The translations under genes and the position numbers were made by a program. Below are positions 53,102 through 64,000 of a stretch of DNA of 64,000 nt, piece by piece. The notes beneath the pieces are model-generated. The model saw only the letters and a list, made by a program, of their open reading frames with translations. It did no database searches and was not told the DNA's origin. Where the stretch lies: assembly GCA_023515725.1 (NCBI GenBank), contig JALDTO010000200.1:669123-733122 (forward strand), given 5' to 3'. Positions within the stretch are counted from its first letter, which is position 1. Every line of letters starts with the position of its first letter. The DNA comes from Amoeboaphelidium protococcarum X5. Its lineage: Eukaryota; Fungi; Aphelidiomycota.

Positions 53102-55063
53102 TCAGTCCTTACTCGCTTACAATTAAATTTCACAATCATCAAGGAACTGGGACATACTTTAATCACCATCGCTAAGTTGACACCTAAACTGGTCACTTTA
53201 CAAGCACATTTCCACCAACTTGAGCAATCTCTCCTTATGCGGTTCAAACACGTCTTTAAACTTGAATTGATCATCCAAATTTTCGATAGGGAGATGCTGA
53301 GGATCTAATCTAAGCTAATCTCTTCTATCAGTGACCCAATCCCAGTTAAACAAATGGCGACTTTATCCATCAAAAGGCAGCGTTGTCAATTACAACACCA
53401 TTACTCCGAAAGCCCAAAGATCATGATTCTTGCCAACTATATCTTCTGGCCCATTGTCGTGCGCCGACTTACTTTTCGGTACACCCGAGTCGGTCACTGT
53501 TGCCAAATCATAGTCAATTAATACTATATCATTCATAGCTGGCGTCTTCCAGCAGACATTCTGAGGCCTCAAGTCACAATGACACCTTGTTAAACCGTTC
53601 ATTATAATATTCAACTTCTTTACCACCTATTTCAACACACAGACCAACTCCGATGCCGAGGTAAGCGGATGACTGGACAAGTCACCATGATAAACTGGCA
53701 TGACTAGCATACTTTCTACTAAGCGCCAAGGTAAATTTAAATCCCGCAAATTCGTAACATAAAGTACCCCTTTAAATCCCAATGAATTCAGAGTCCACCA
53801 ATTATAAAATTTAAACACCTTCTCATTATCATATCTATACAATGGATTATAAAATGAAGGCATTGGCTAGAGTTTCTTGATGTCAATATTTTACTTAAAA
53901 CAGGCGTCGGCAATACTTTGCGGAGGTATCCAGCATGATATAAATTTCTTAGCATTTATTTTATCTTTAACTTTAATCAATTGGCCAAACACACTCACAG
54001 CCCACTAAAACCAAGCATTTAACAACTAGGCCATGTCTCGCCCGGTACATGGACGAGTATAATAAGCTGACACGCATTCGTTTACACCAATTTTTAGAGC
54101 ATCCACGCGTACAATACTCAGTTATCTATGAGACATTAATGGTACATATACAAACCAGTCTTCACCAAAGATTTCAGTCACCTACTCAATGCTCAACATG
54201 GAGAAAACACGTTACATAAAGCACACACCATAATTGGTAGCCTGGCAAACGTACTCATTTTTAAATTGCTCGGAAGGAATATCTTCTTTCTCTTCTTGAA
54301 TCTTTTATCTTTTAGAATTAGGACCAGAGCTAGACTGAGACCTAGCAGATAAGGATTTATTGGAATTTCTTAACGCAATAGAGAAATCACGCTTAACCGC
54401 CACCATAGGCCCGACAAGCTCAATTTGACCGATATCACTTCTCAAGCTTAACATAAAATCAGGCTTTGCCAATATGCGACCATATGCTCTTAAAGTTAAC
54501 GGACTCAGAGGCTTCTCGAAACTTTTCTAATCAAAAAGTGAATTTTTAAACCATTGCCATTCTTACAGTTGAGCCTCAGACATACAAGACTTTAATATTG
54601 CGTGCACTAAATCTTATGGACCATCCAGCTCATTCTCTCTGGCAATAACTGTCTTATTATCAGTGTACTTTTAATACTTTTTCTCACTCACCTAGGACAA
54701 GTACTTATTTTACTCCTCTTCAGATAAATCACACCTCTGCTTACTTCCAATCTCTGCAACAGATTACATACAATTCAATATCGCGTCAACCTGCGGCAAT
54801 TACTACGGCTATGACTGTTTGCCATGAACATGTCGGAGCATAGACGCAATATACTCTTCTTAACCTTACTTCCACTCAAAAAATTAAATGCTTTCCTTAG
54901 ACACGCTCTATGATTAGCTTGCAGCCGTGGAAGACATACCGGTAGACGATGAATCGTGGCGATGAACACGAACACTATCAGCAGCAACATATCTATGAGT
55001 CCTGGCAAATGAGATTTCTTTGTTGGTACAAATTTCTTCGTACTTTTTAATATCTTCTTTCAT
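53102..55063 (-). CDS. Crinkler-like nuclease plus kinase fusion, copy B, 653 aa
   Basis: Intact frame. Different N-terminal ~33 aa (MKEDIKKYEEICTNKEISFARTHRYVAADSVRV), then near-identical to copy A from HRHDSSS; TGA 53102-53104. Confidence 0.7.
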
Positions 55064-55279
55064 GTCCTATTATAATTCTGAAATTATTATTGTTTGGTTT
55101 CAGGAAAAGAAAATTAAATGCAACGTGATTGGTGTGTTTCTGGGCATTTAATATAGAATGATTATATATGTGGTGAATGAATGAACAAGGCTGTTTTCAT
55201 TGAGCCGTCCCTCTGCCGTATTCTTTGAAACACATTTTGTCCAGATAACACATACTGTCTTTCATTGATGAGTTCCTTG

Positions 55280-55450
55280 CGGGAGGCTTCGCTTGCACTT
55301 TTCGTTGTCTTGCAATGGCTGTAGACATATCTGTGCATGTATCGTCTGTAAAATACTAATCAATGGAGTCGTCACCTGCAGATCCTTAGTCCTGGCACAA
55401 TGTCTCTCCGGCCAATTCAATTTTAATGACTGACTGCGTGTAATGGATCC
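55280..55450 (+). pseudogene. Diverged fragment homologous to the 3' end of the 44306-45896 permease
   Basis: 55326-55443 aligns with one gap to the reverse complement of 44292-44408, about 65% identity rising to about 90% in the last 40 nt. Codon-level match GFACTFRCLAMAVDIS versus AFTTIFLCLVVIVWTS. Confidence 0.6.
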
Positions 55451-55626
55451 TCTGCAGTGGAGACAACGTGAGTTTCAACTTTTGTATTTCGGTTCGTTTC
55501 TGTAAACAAATGCGCCACGACGCGTCTTGTCGCCCATGCGCCGTTCGTTTAACTTTTTACTCTTTAAATAGTCATAGTTATAGTCACAGTATAGTACGTA
55601 TACATACATCTTAGTAATACTGAGTA

Positions 55627-56721
55627 ATGACTGTTGAAACAGATCTTTTAATAGATCACAAAGATCCTATCGCAAAGTTGAAAGCATAGCTACAAGACGG
55701 CGATTAGTAAAAGCAAACTGATCGCGACAGCGACGGACTTCATTTCGCAGACTCTGACCGTATTGAGATTTAGTCTGGAAATGCTCTGACTAGGAAAATC
55801 AAATTTTTGGCTCACCTATTTTCTGACAAGAAGTTTTATGTGCATCGTGTGGTTGGTATGTTCTATCTGGTCCAATGGATCACCTCGCTGTTTCTCTACT
55901 TTTACGATTTTGAGTGGTATAATGCAACCTGGCTGCCATGGACTTTACCTTTGACGGGTCTTCTGCAGTCAACTGTGGCCATTATGACGTTCACTTTCTT
56001 GCCAAAGAACAATTACGGCTCTGGGTACTTTACTGAGAAGAAGGCTATCTCTTACGGCTTTGTGGTTGAAAACTCCTTTTACGCGCTGCTGAATGTGTTT
56101 CACTCCACGTACTTTGACGATCGCTTCTACAACCTGTACAGAAATACTGTGCTATTTGAAGCCATCATGGTATTCTTTCCATACTTTTACCGTGACTTGT
56201 GGCCGAGAACTAGATTTAGAGATGCGTACGAGGTGGCTGACTCTGTGGATAATGTCACATTCTTCAAGATTGGCGCTTTGGTCACTAAATCATTTTATAT
56301 TTGGGCCAAGCATTATATTGGATTCTTTCTTAATTACATGCGCTTCCTGGACAGAGTAACCCAAGAGGAGATGTATCACTTGAAGCTAATGGCGCTGTTT
56401 GCCGGTTTCAGCGTCACCATCTCGTTGTTTCTGCACACGCTCAAGTTCAAACGCTATTTGGAGCCGCGCGTCGCTTTCTTGATCTATGTTGGAGCTTACT
56501 TGGCCACGTTCTACACCTACTATTGTATATTCCCCGTATTTTTCAAGCACATTGACCTGGCTCTGATCTGTCTTGGTGGTCTTGTGATCAATTTTGCCAA
56601 TCGAAATGTTCAACTGTTATATTAGATCATAGTTATGGGTCTTCTGTACGGTGCCAGATTCGGAGAACTGCCCGATCAGCTGTCCTTCTTGTACACTGGT
56701 ATCAAGCATTCGGAGTTGTGA
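55627..56721 (+). CDS. Uncharacterised multi-pass membrane protein, 364 aa
   Basis: Extends track ORF 55807-56625 through TAR codons. Several TM helices with His/aromatic motifs HRVVG, ENSFY, WAKHYIGF, FLHTLKFK. Confidence 0.8.
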
Positions 56722-56888
56722 TAATAGCTCCTAAGCAAGACTTTAATCATATTTCGAAATAATGAGAGAATGCAGTATGTAAGTGATCTCAATTCTATTG
56801 TATTTCTATTTCTACTTCTTCGGGCGATTCTCCTTTTCCTTCTTGGCTTTTGCTTGACGCGCTCTCTTATTATTTTCAACACTTCAAG

Positions 56889-59800
56889 ATGGACAAAGTG
56901 ATTAAAAGTTTAGATATTCCGGTAATTAAGGTGCCTTTTGAGATTTTATAGTGTCTAGATGCTGAATTGGGTGTCATGTTGCAGTAGAACGGCAAGTTAC
57001 ACGTCGAACTGCAAAAGAAGTTGACGTCAGAGAAAAGCATACCTTTCTTCTTGAATGAGAGATATTATTGCAAGTTATAGGGAGTGGAGTAGTATTAATG
57101 TTTATTGAGTGTCTGGATTAAGCTCTTAAAGGTTCATTGTACTCCTGTGGTATTGCAGCATATATGTGATGGATTCATTTACGGGCTGCTGAAGAGAGAG
57201 ACAGGAGTGGTAGATTTTGCGTTCAAAACGGCATATCAGTAAGAGTTTCTTAAACTGGACATAGCTGGACTAAAATCTGCTATGCTCGACAAAGTCTAAT
57301 AGTATTTAGATACTCTGCACGAAGAAGCTGATGATGCTTCCAAGGTTGATCTATTAACGCGTCGTACTCGCTGGATTGTTGGCCGTTTGTTTACTGTTCA
57401 TCCCTCTCCACCGGCAAGCGGTGAATTGGTTCGCATGCTTTTGGACGCGGCTCTATTGGCTAGTCATCCACTTGTACAAGGTGCGAGTTCTTTCTGGTTA
57501 GAACTCTTAGCAAATTGCTTTTAATGGACCAAGGTATCTGTTGACAACTTGGTTGAGTCTAATTTTGAGAGTTTGTGCTCTATTGTTTTCGGTCAAGACG
57601 GGCTTTCTAATCCGACTTATAAAATGCGGTGTCAAGCGGCTATTAACTTGGCTCAACAAGTGCATCTAGTTGCTAATAATGATAAGAGATAAACTCTTGT
57701 TACTCAAGCTGTACAATATGTTCCGCTGCAGGAGTTGTCTCTATTGAAAGAGGAAGATTTCACAATTTGGAGTGGCAACGATGGTGAATTGTGCTTTGAT
57801 CCTCTACTCAAAGACATTGAATAAACTCGCCGTAATGGAAAGAAGTCTAAAGCTGAGCTGGAAGATGCGGCGTATTTAGCTAAAAATCGAAAGTTGACGC
57901 CAAAAGAACAAGCTGCCAGGGATACCACTTTGAAGGAGGAGGCCGAATGTAGAAGACGCGTCCAGAATCTGTTGACTAAAGCTTAAGTAGGCATGTAATT
58001 GCTGATTGGTCTAGCCAACTCTATGCAATCTCTGCATTCCACTTTATTTGATGTTCTCGATGTTGCGCTTGATTTGTGCGTCATAGTTCGACCATGGGAA
58101 TTAAGATTTGATAAGTTAAATCTCTCTGGTTATTGCTTTAGTTCTTTGCACAGCCTCCTGGCTCGGTTATATCAAGATGAATTTGCGCTACTCAGTGGAG
58201 CAATATTGAGTGCATGCTTTAGACTTTCAGGAGCTGTACACGTTCCCGAGAATTGGCTTCAGGAGTAGTTGACTGTACAAGTGCAGCGCATCATTTTGAC
58301 GTTATTTGAATTATGTATCGCTGCCGATTTTAGTCTGAAAAAGTCCTTGCCGGCGGACTTTTTCCCCTTGGTATTTCCTTTATTCCGCACGATACTGGAG
58401 CCAAAGCGTGTTTAGATCAAGGGAGCAGAATCTTAATCACTCATGTCACTGACTGATGAATGTGTCTACCTTGCAGCCAGTCATTGTGAAGTTTCTGTTG
58501 CGTCCTACAGACTTTTCTCTGCTTATTTCTCGTTGGTGAAAGGCTTGATCACAGGGAATCCGTAGCACAGCTCTCGACTTGTCAAGGCATTTGTAGCAAG
58601 AGCTCAGACTGTTGATGGAAAACAGTTCTTATCGAATCAGTGTTAGTTCTTTGTGGATGGTTTATTGTCTGCGGACGTCAATGTTCGTTATGCGTGTCTG
58701 TAATGTGTTGATTCTGGGACGTTCTCAAGCGTGTTAGATGCACTGAAGTATAAACTTTGGATCTTGCGAAGTGATAACGACGATAAAGTTAGACTTCTGG
58801 CTTAAAAATTGTGGATGGAGAGTGGGTTTTAGATGGACGCTGAATATCTCTCGCATTTGCTGCCATTCATATCTAGTCAGGCGGTTGTTGAAAGTTTAGA
58901 TGTGGCACAATGTGTTGCCAAGTCTATTGCATCCGCCATTTTGTCGTTTCCCTAAACTTTTGAGTAATCCGTGAAAGCAGTTTGTGACTTGTATGTAGAT
59001 CTGTCAAAGCCTATCAAACCAGAGTTTGATCGATTCGGACTTGTTATCCCAGAATCGTTGGACAAGAAGGATCCTTGGTAGTCGAGATTATGCTGCGCTC
59101 AAGTACTTCTTGAATCTGATTTGTAGTTTTAAAAGCAGCACCTTCCCCAATTACTGGAGTTTATGATTGATAAGCCTGGCGCGCTGGGAGATGTTCAGCA
59201 GCAAGTTAGAGACAACATGTTGAAGGTTGGTGAGAATGTTATCACTAATTTGGCGCAAGATGCAACAGACGCAGCTCTAGATGTCCTGTGCCGTCATGTC
59301 GAGGGTGAGAGTGGTGGTTCTTCGTCTGACACTGGCCGCGATGATCGTATTCGCCAAGCAGTCATTATTCTGCTTGGTACTGCAGCTGAATTTCTGGATG
59401 CCCAGTCGGAGCGTGTGGACTACGTCTTGAAGTAGTTATTTAAAGCGCTGTCTATTCCATCCGAATCTGTTCAAATTGCAGTGGCCGAGTGCTTGCCTCC
59501 ATTGATTCGTATGAAGAGAAAAGATAGTAACAGGTACATGAATGATCTCTTTCAGGATGCTACTGAGAATACTTCTTTTGCCACCAGAAGAGGCTCTGCT
59601 TTTGGTCTTGCCGGAGTTGTATCTGGTGTGGGTTTAAAAGCCTTTACGGATTTTGATTTGATCAAGAAGATTACAGAATGTTCAAATGATAAAAAGTCTA
59701 TGGAAAAGAGGTAGGGAGCCATGTTCATTATTGAAGCATTGGCCATGATTATCAAAAGGTTGTTTGAGCCGTACTTGATGGATGTATTATCGTGTCTTCT

Positions 59801-62800
59801 CACTTGCTTTGGTGATTCCTCTTCTGATGTTAGATTGGCAGCCATTGATGCCGCTAAAGTAGTTATGAGCAACCTGAGTTCTCACTCGGTAAAGGTTGTT
59901 CTGCCATCAGTATTAGCCGGCCTGGGCGAAATTAAGTGGAGAAGTAAGGCTGCCAGTTGTGAAATGTTGGGCTCCATGGCGTTCTTGGCTCCGCGTCAGT
60001 TGGCTCTGAGTCTTCCGCTGATCATACCAAAGTTGACGCTTGCTCTCAGTGACAGTCATGCAAATGTTTAGAAGTCTGCAAAGGCGGCTCTTGAAAAGTA
60101 CGTCTCTATCATTATCAATCCTGAAATCAAGAAAATGGCAAACTAATTGCTGAATGCGCTGGCGGATCCCGCCAAGCATAGTGCACAGGCATTAGTCTAG
60201 TTGAATAACGTCAAATTCGCTCACTACGTTGATGCGCCGTCGCTAGCTCTTACTATACCGGTTATATTGCGTGGACTAAAAGAGAGAACGGGGGATGCAA
60301 AAATTAGCGCTGGCTAGTCTGTTGTAACTATTTCTAGTCTTGTGGACAAGAAGGATCTTACGATTTACATCACTCAACTTCTGCCACTGTTGAGGGAGGT
60401 GTTATGCGACCCAGTGCCTGAAGTTAGATCTGTGATGGCTCGTGCTTTAGGATAACTAATGTCCAAGTTGGGCGAGGAGGAGCTTCCGTTACTGATATCA
60501 GATTTGTTTGTGGTGTTGAAAAGTGGCGCGAATGCTGTAGATCGTCAAGGTGCCGCTCAAGGACTCGCTGAGATTTCATTGGCTCTAGGCGTCGGTAAAC
60601 TTAACTCTATTTTCCCAGAAGTTTTATCTGGGGCCAGTTCAAGTGATCCTAATGTCAAGGAAGCTCATATATCTTTGTTGATGTTCTTGGCGGCTTTATT
60701 TAACGATAAGTTTATTCCATATATTGCAGCTACTGTACCGATGGTTCTGAATGGACTGGCCGATGAGAATGATATGGTGCGTGAATCTGCAATGAAAGCC
60801 GGTAAAGTTTTGGTGGAGAAGTTTTCCAAGAGTGCCATTGAAATACTACTACCAGAGTTAGAAGGAAGTCTTTTCAGTGGAAATTATCGAATTCGTCTTA
60901 GCTCTGTGCAATTGCTTGGAGATTTACTTTTCACAATTGGAAATATTAACCGATCCTAGCTTGAGCAGGCGGACGAGGATACGACTGGTTTTGAGACTGG
61001 TAGAAAAGCTATTATTGCGGCGTTGGGACTTGAGCGTTATCAGGAGGTTCTCGCGTCTGTTTACATTATGCGCTCCGATGTTAATAATGCTGTGAGACAC
61101 GTGTCTATCAATATTTGGAAGGCTCTGGTGTCTAACACCACAAAGACTTTGAAGGAGATTATTGGCTCTATGATGAAAGTAATTGTTAACAATCTTTCTA
61201 GTCCGGATGATGACAAGCGGCAGACCGCTGCTGGTTCTCTCGGCGAGTTGGTGATTAAGCTCGGTGATCAGGTGCTTGTCAACTCTCTTCCTATAATCAC
61301 CTCTTATGCCTAGTAGTCGGACGCTGTTTTGAGAAAAGGTGGCAGTGTTGGTCTGGCAGAAGTACTGAAGTGCGCGTCTAAAGTTTCGGTGGAACACTAC
61401 ATGCCGCAGATTTTGCCTTGTATCAAGTATGGTCTCCTGGATGAAGATGCCGAGATAAGAGCTGTTGCTGCTGTAGGCTTTGATAGATTACATGGTCACG
61501 TTGGTAACAAGGTGATTGAGTAAATTGTACCAAAGTTGATGGAAGATATGCAAGTGGATGCGTTTATCACGGATAATCGGCCGCTTGATGCTATTAAGAA
61601 TATTTTGGTGGTTAAACCTGCGGTATTGCCTCTTATTGCTCCTAGTTTGGTGCAGTAGCCACTGACAAGATTCAAGTTGAAAGCGTTGACCGCGCTTCTG
61701 GAAGTGGCACATCCCGTAGCAGTGTCAAACTGTTTCATGTCTCTCATGGAACCTGTTATGGAGGCTCTTGAGGAAGACGATAGCTCGGCTATTATGGATC
61801 TGCTCAAGTCGCTAATTTGTAAAATTGATGACTAGTCTACAATCAGTATGTTGTTAGTTCAACTTGCAGAAAACGTTTAGCCTTAGAAGGATTTGGATAC
61901 AAGGCGCGCTGCCTGTATTGTGCTGAAGAATATGGCTGAATTTAAGAAAGTGACTAATTTGTAGACGGTGTTTACTGACTGGATTGAACATTTGATCTCT
62001 ATGTAGTGTAGTTCTCTGGTTGAAGAGGATGAGGATGTAGTGGAAGTCGCTTGGGCCACAATGAATTCGTTGCTGTCATTGACATAGAAAGAAGATGTTT
62101 CTCTATTTATTCAGCCGCTTTATGAAGCTATAAAAACTATACAAGATTAGCTTGTCGGTGAATCATGCTCTGATGTTTAGAGCGTTGTAGTGGATGGTTT
62201 TTGTCTGCTGAAAGGCATCTAGTAGTTGGTCGCATTGTGCATGTAATGCCTTTAATTTGGTGACGCGGCTGTGAAAGAGCAGGGCGCCACGACTCTTGAT
62301 TTGGTATTAAGCTTGACTAATGAGAACGCGATAAAGCCGTTTGTGGTTCAGATTTGTGGCCCTATCATTAGAATGATGAGCGATAAGTAGTAGTGGAAAG
62401 TCAAATGTTTATTGCTCGCTATTTTGTACAAGCTAATGCTTAAAGTTCCACAATCCATGCGCCCATTTATGCCTTAATTGCAACGAACTTTTATCAAGTC
62501 TCTGTGTGATAAGGATACTCGTATAAGAGGGTAGGCAAGAACGTGTATGTCCTTGTTCATTCAACACGTTCCAAATTTGGACTCTGTTGCAAAAGAACTT
62601 GAAAAGGGTGTTAAGGATGAAGATCTTGAAGTTCGGGAAGCAGTATTGATGGCGTTGTGGCTCTGTCTGGATCCTAAAGTCACGCATGGGCGTAATCTGT
62701 CTTCTGGTGTATTGCAAAGCTTGTACAACTAGTTGAGCAGTCCAGACCAATGGCATTAGTCGGGGGAAGGTTTGCGGCGGGCACTCTGCCTATGTTCCTG

Positions 62801-63443
62801 CGCGTATGCACTTGATGACTTATGCCCAAGTGAAAATCGCGCCTTTTTGCTGAAGAAGGTATTGCAGATATCCATTGACAGCGCTAATGATTTGATTCTA
62901 GGATCGCTCACCGGTTTGTAATTCATCATTTTGAGGCGTGTGGATATGCTACAGCAATTAGGCGTAGAGTAATCAGTTTTGAGCATTCTCACCTCAATTG
63001 TTTAGGCTATGCGTGCTGCAGTAAGTGAGAAGGCACTGGTTTGTTTAACGTGTTACGTAGTTGCTACAGGGAATCTGTAACATGTTGAATAGATCATAGC
63101 CATGATGCAAAGTGAGTTTAGTGATTATAAAATAGCAGCGTTGACTTGTGTCAGGTATATTAGCATAGAAAATAGATAATTGTTGGCTAATTTAAGCCCA
63201 TCTCAGATTGAAAGTCTGGTGAAATTGATGATCAAGTGCTGTGGCGATCGTTCTGTGGCAGTTAAATCTCAAGCAAAAGATGCATTGTTGGACATGCTTA
63301 ACAATGCTGATGGTAAATTAGATTTAGGCCAATTCAATAACATTAATGACACGCTCAGAGGAGAGGTTCAGAGCGTATATCAAAAGATGGATTTGGGCGC
63401 TTCCGTTGCGGGCGAAAATGATCTAAAGGCGTTTTAACTTTGA
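56889..63443 (+). CDS. GCN1: Translational activator Gcn1 (HEAT repeats), about 2184 aa, apparently intronless
   Basis: RRGSAFGLAGVVSG, FEPYL, WRSKAASCEMLGSMAFLAPRQLALSLP, SDSHANVQ, HYVDAPSLAL, DPVPEVRS, DRQGAAQGLAE, NYRIRLSSVQLLGDLLF, PQLQRTFIKSL. All track fragments share one frame; TGA 63441-63443. Confidence 0.95.
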
Positions 63444-63595
63444 GTCTCTGGTTACAACTAAAAGTGGAAATTTGACGCGTTAATAAATACACGTTGATTT
63501 TTAAATATTCGCCATTCATATATCATCTGAATACATTATGTTCAAATAATAATACGGTCTTGATATTATACAATGACATTCGTTAAGCTTCATGC

Positions 63596-63793
63596 ATGAG
63601 AGAAGACCAAAAATCTCTTCAAAACTCTATCAAACTCTATGTAGTCTTTAGTCCGACAGCTGCGAATCAGAGAAAGGCGATCGTTGTCAAATCACAGAGC
63701 GGGAGCGAAGAGAAGAAAAACTCAACGACAACAACAACGATGCCTGCAAACATTATGCAAAAATTGGTTGCTGAGAAGCGTGGAGAAGAGAAG
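63596..63793 (+). pseudogene. 5' stub of a gene truncated by the telomeric tract (likely start ATG 63740, MPANIMQKLVAEKRGEEK)
   Basis: The frame has no TGA before it enters the telomeric repeats. An ACGCGT at 63475 and an A-rich start context precede it. Confidence 0.4.
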
Positions 63794-64000
63794 TAGCAGG
63801 GTAGCAGGGTAGCAGGGTAGCAGGGTAGCAGGGCAGGGCAGGGTAGCAGGGCAGGGCAGGGTAGCAGGGCAGGGTAGCAGGGCAGGGCAGGGCAGGGTCA
63901 GGGCAGGGCAGGGCAGGGTTAGGGCAGGGTTAGGGTTAGGGCAGGGTTAGCAGGGTTAGGGCAGGGCAGGGTAGGGTTAGGGTAGGGGCAGGGTTAGGGT
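63794..64000 (+). repeat. Telomeric/subtelomeric tract of mixed units TAGCAGGG, CAGGG, TCAGGG, TTAGCAGGG, TAGGG and TTAGGG
   Basis: G-rich strand runs 5'->3' toward the window end. Canonical TTAGGG first appears at 63919 and becomes more frequent distally. Confidence 0.9.

Noticed and set aside
44292-55443. 40-bp inverted repeats with flanking TA as terminal inverted repeats of an 11-kb DNA transposon
   Set aside because: The similarity extends inward more than 120 bp as codon-aligned permease sequence, and no transposase is enclosed. A duplicated gene fragment explains it better.
1-64000. Treating the supplied short ORFs as separate genes, or the region as a field of pseudogenes
   Set aside because: Fragments of each conserved gene share one frame, are separated only by TAA/TAG at Gln positions and end at TGA. 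Most other track ORFs are antisense or off-frame shadows.
63794-64000. CRISPR array or coding repeat
   Set aside because: No spacers; 5-9-nt G-rich units converge on TTAGGG in a eukaryotic context.
1-64000. Ciliate or green-algal origin suggested by the TAR=Gln code
   Set aside because: Gene content is opisthokont/fungal-like (Caf120/Skg3, Rmd1, Tim11-type subunit e) and the telomere contains TTAGGG rather than ciliate TTGGGG or TTTTGGGG.
1-64000. tRNA or rRNA genes, including a TAR-reading tRNA-Gln
   Set aside because: None recognised by eye; a tRNAscan-SE or Infernal run is needed to exclude them.

Overview
A gene-dense eukaryotic chromosome end that uses a non-standard nuclear genetic code. 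TAA and TAG encode Gln and only TGA is a stop (translation table 6), so the supplied ORF track is mostly fragments of real genes. Re-read by hand in that code, the window holds about 28 protein-coding genes with few short GT-AG introns and tiny intergenic spacers. Housekeeping genes include UTP12/DIP2, TRS120, GCN1, mitochondrial MetRS, MRPL6, ATP synthase subunit e, CtIP/Ctp1, RMD1, a MEF2-type MADS factor and a CAF120/SKG3-like PH protein. Several genes are typical of amoeboid or animal-like cells and rare or absent in true fungi (AP-4 epsilon-like adaptin, Costars/ABRACL, ACTMAP). There is also a beta-propeller receptor-like kinase with a truncated C-lobe and a 7TM protein. An accessory block at 40-55.5 kb holds an LTR-integrase relic, two near-identical inverted copies of a Crinkler-like PD-(D/E)xK nuclease-plus-kinase gene, a broken permease and a bacterial YdhF-type aldo-keto reductase with introns. 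The window ends in a heterogeneous telomeric tract (TAGCAGGG/CAGGG/TTAGGG) fused in frame to a truncated ORF about 350 bp after GCN1. Fungal-type genes plus TAR=Gln point, by inference, to an aphelid such as Amoeboaphelidium protococcarum. All 11 introns I could define end in GTAG, 10 of them in TGTAG. All calls come from manual translation and motif recognition; no database searches were run.
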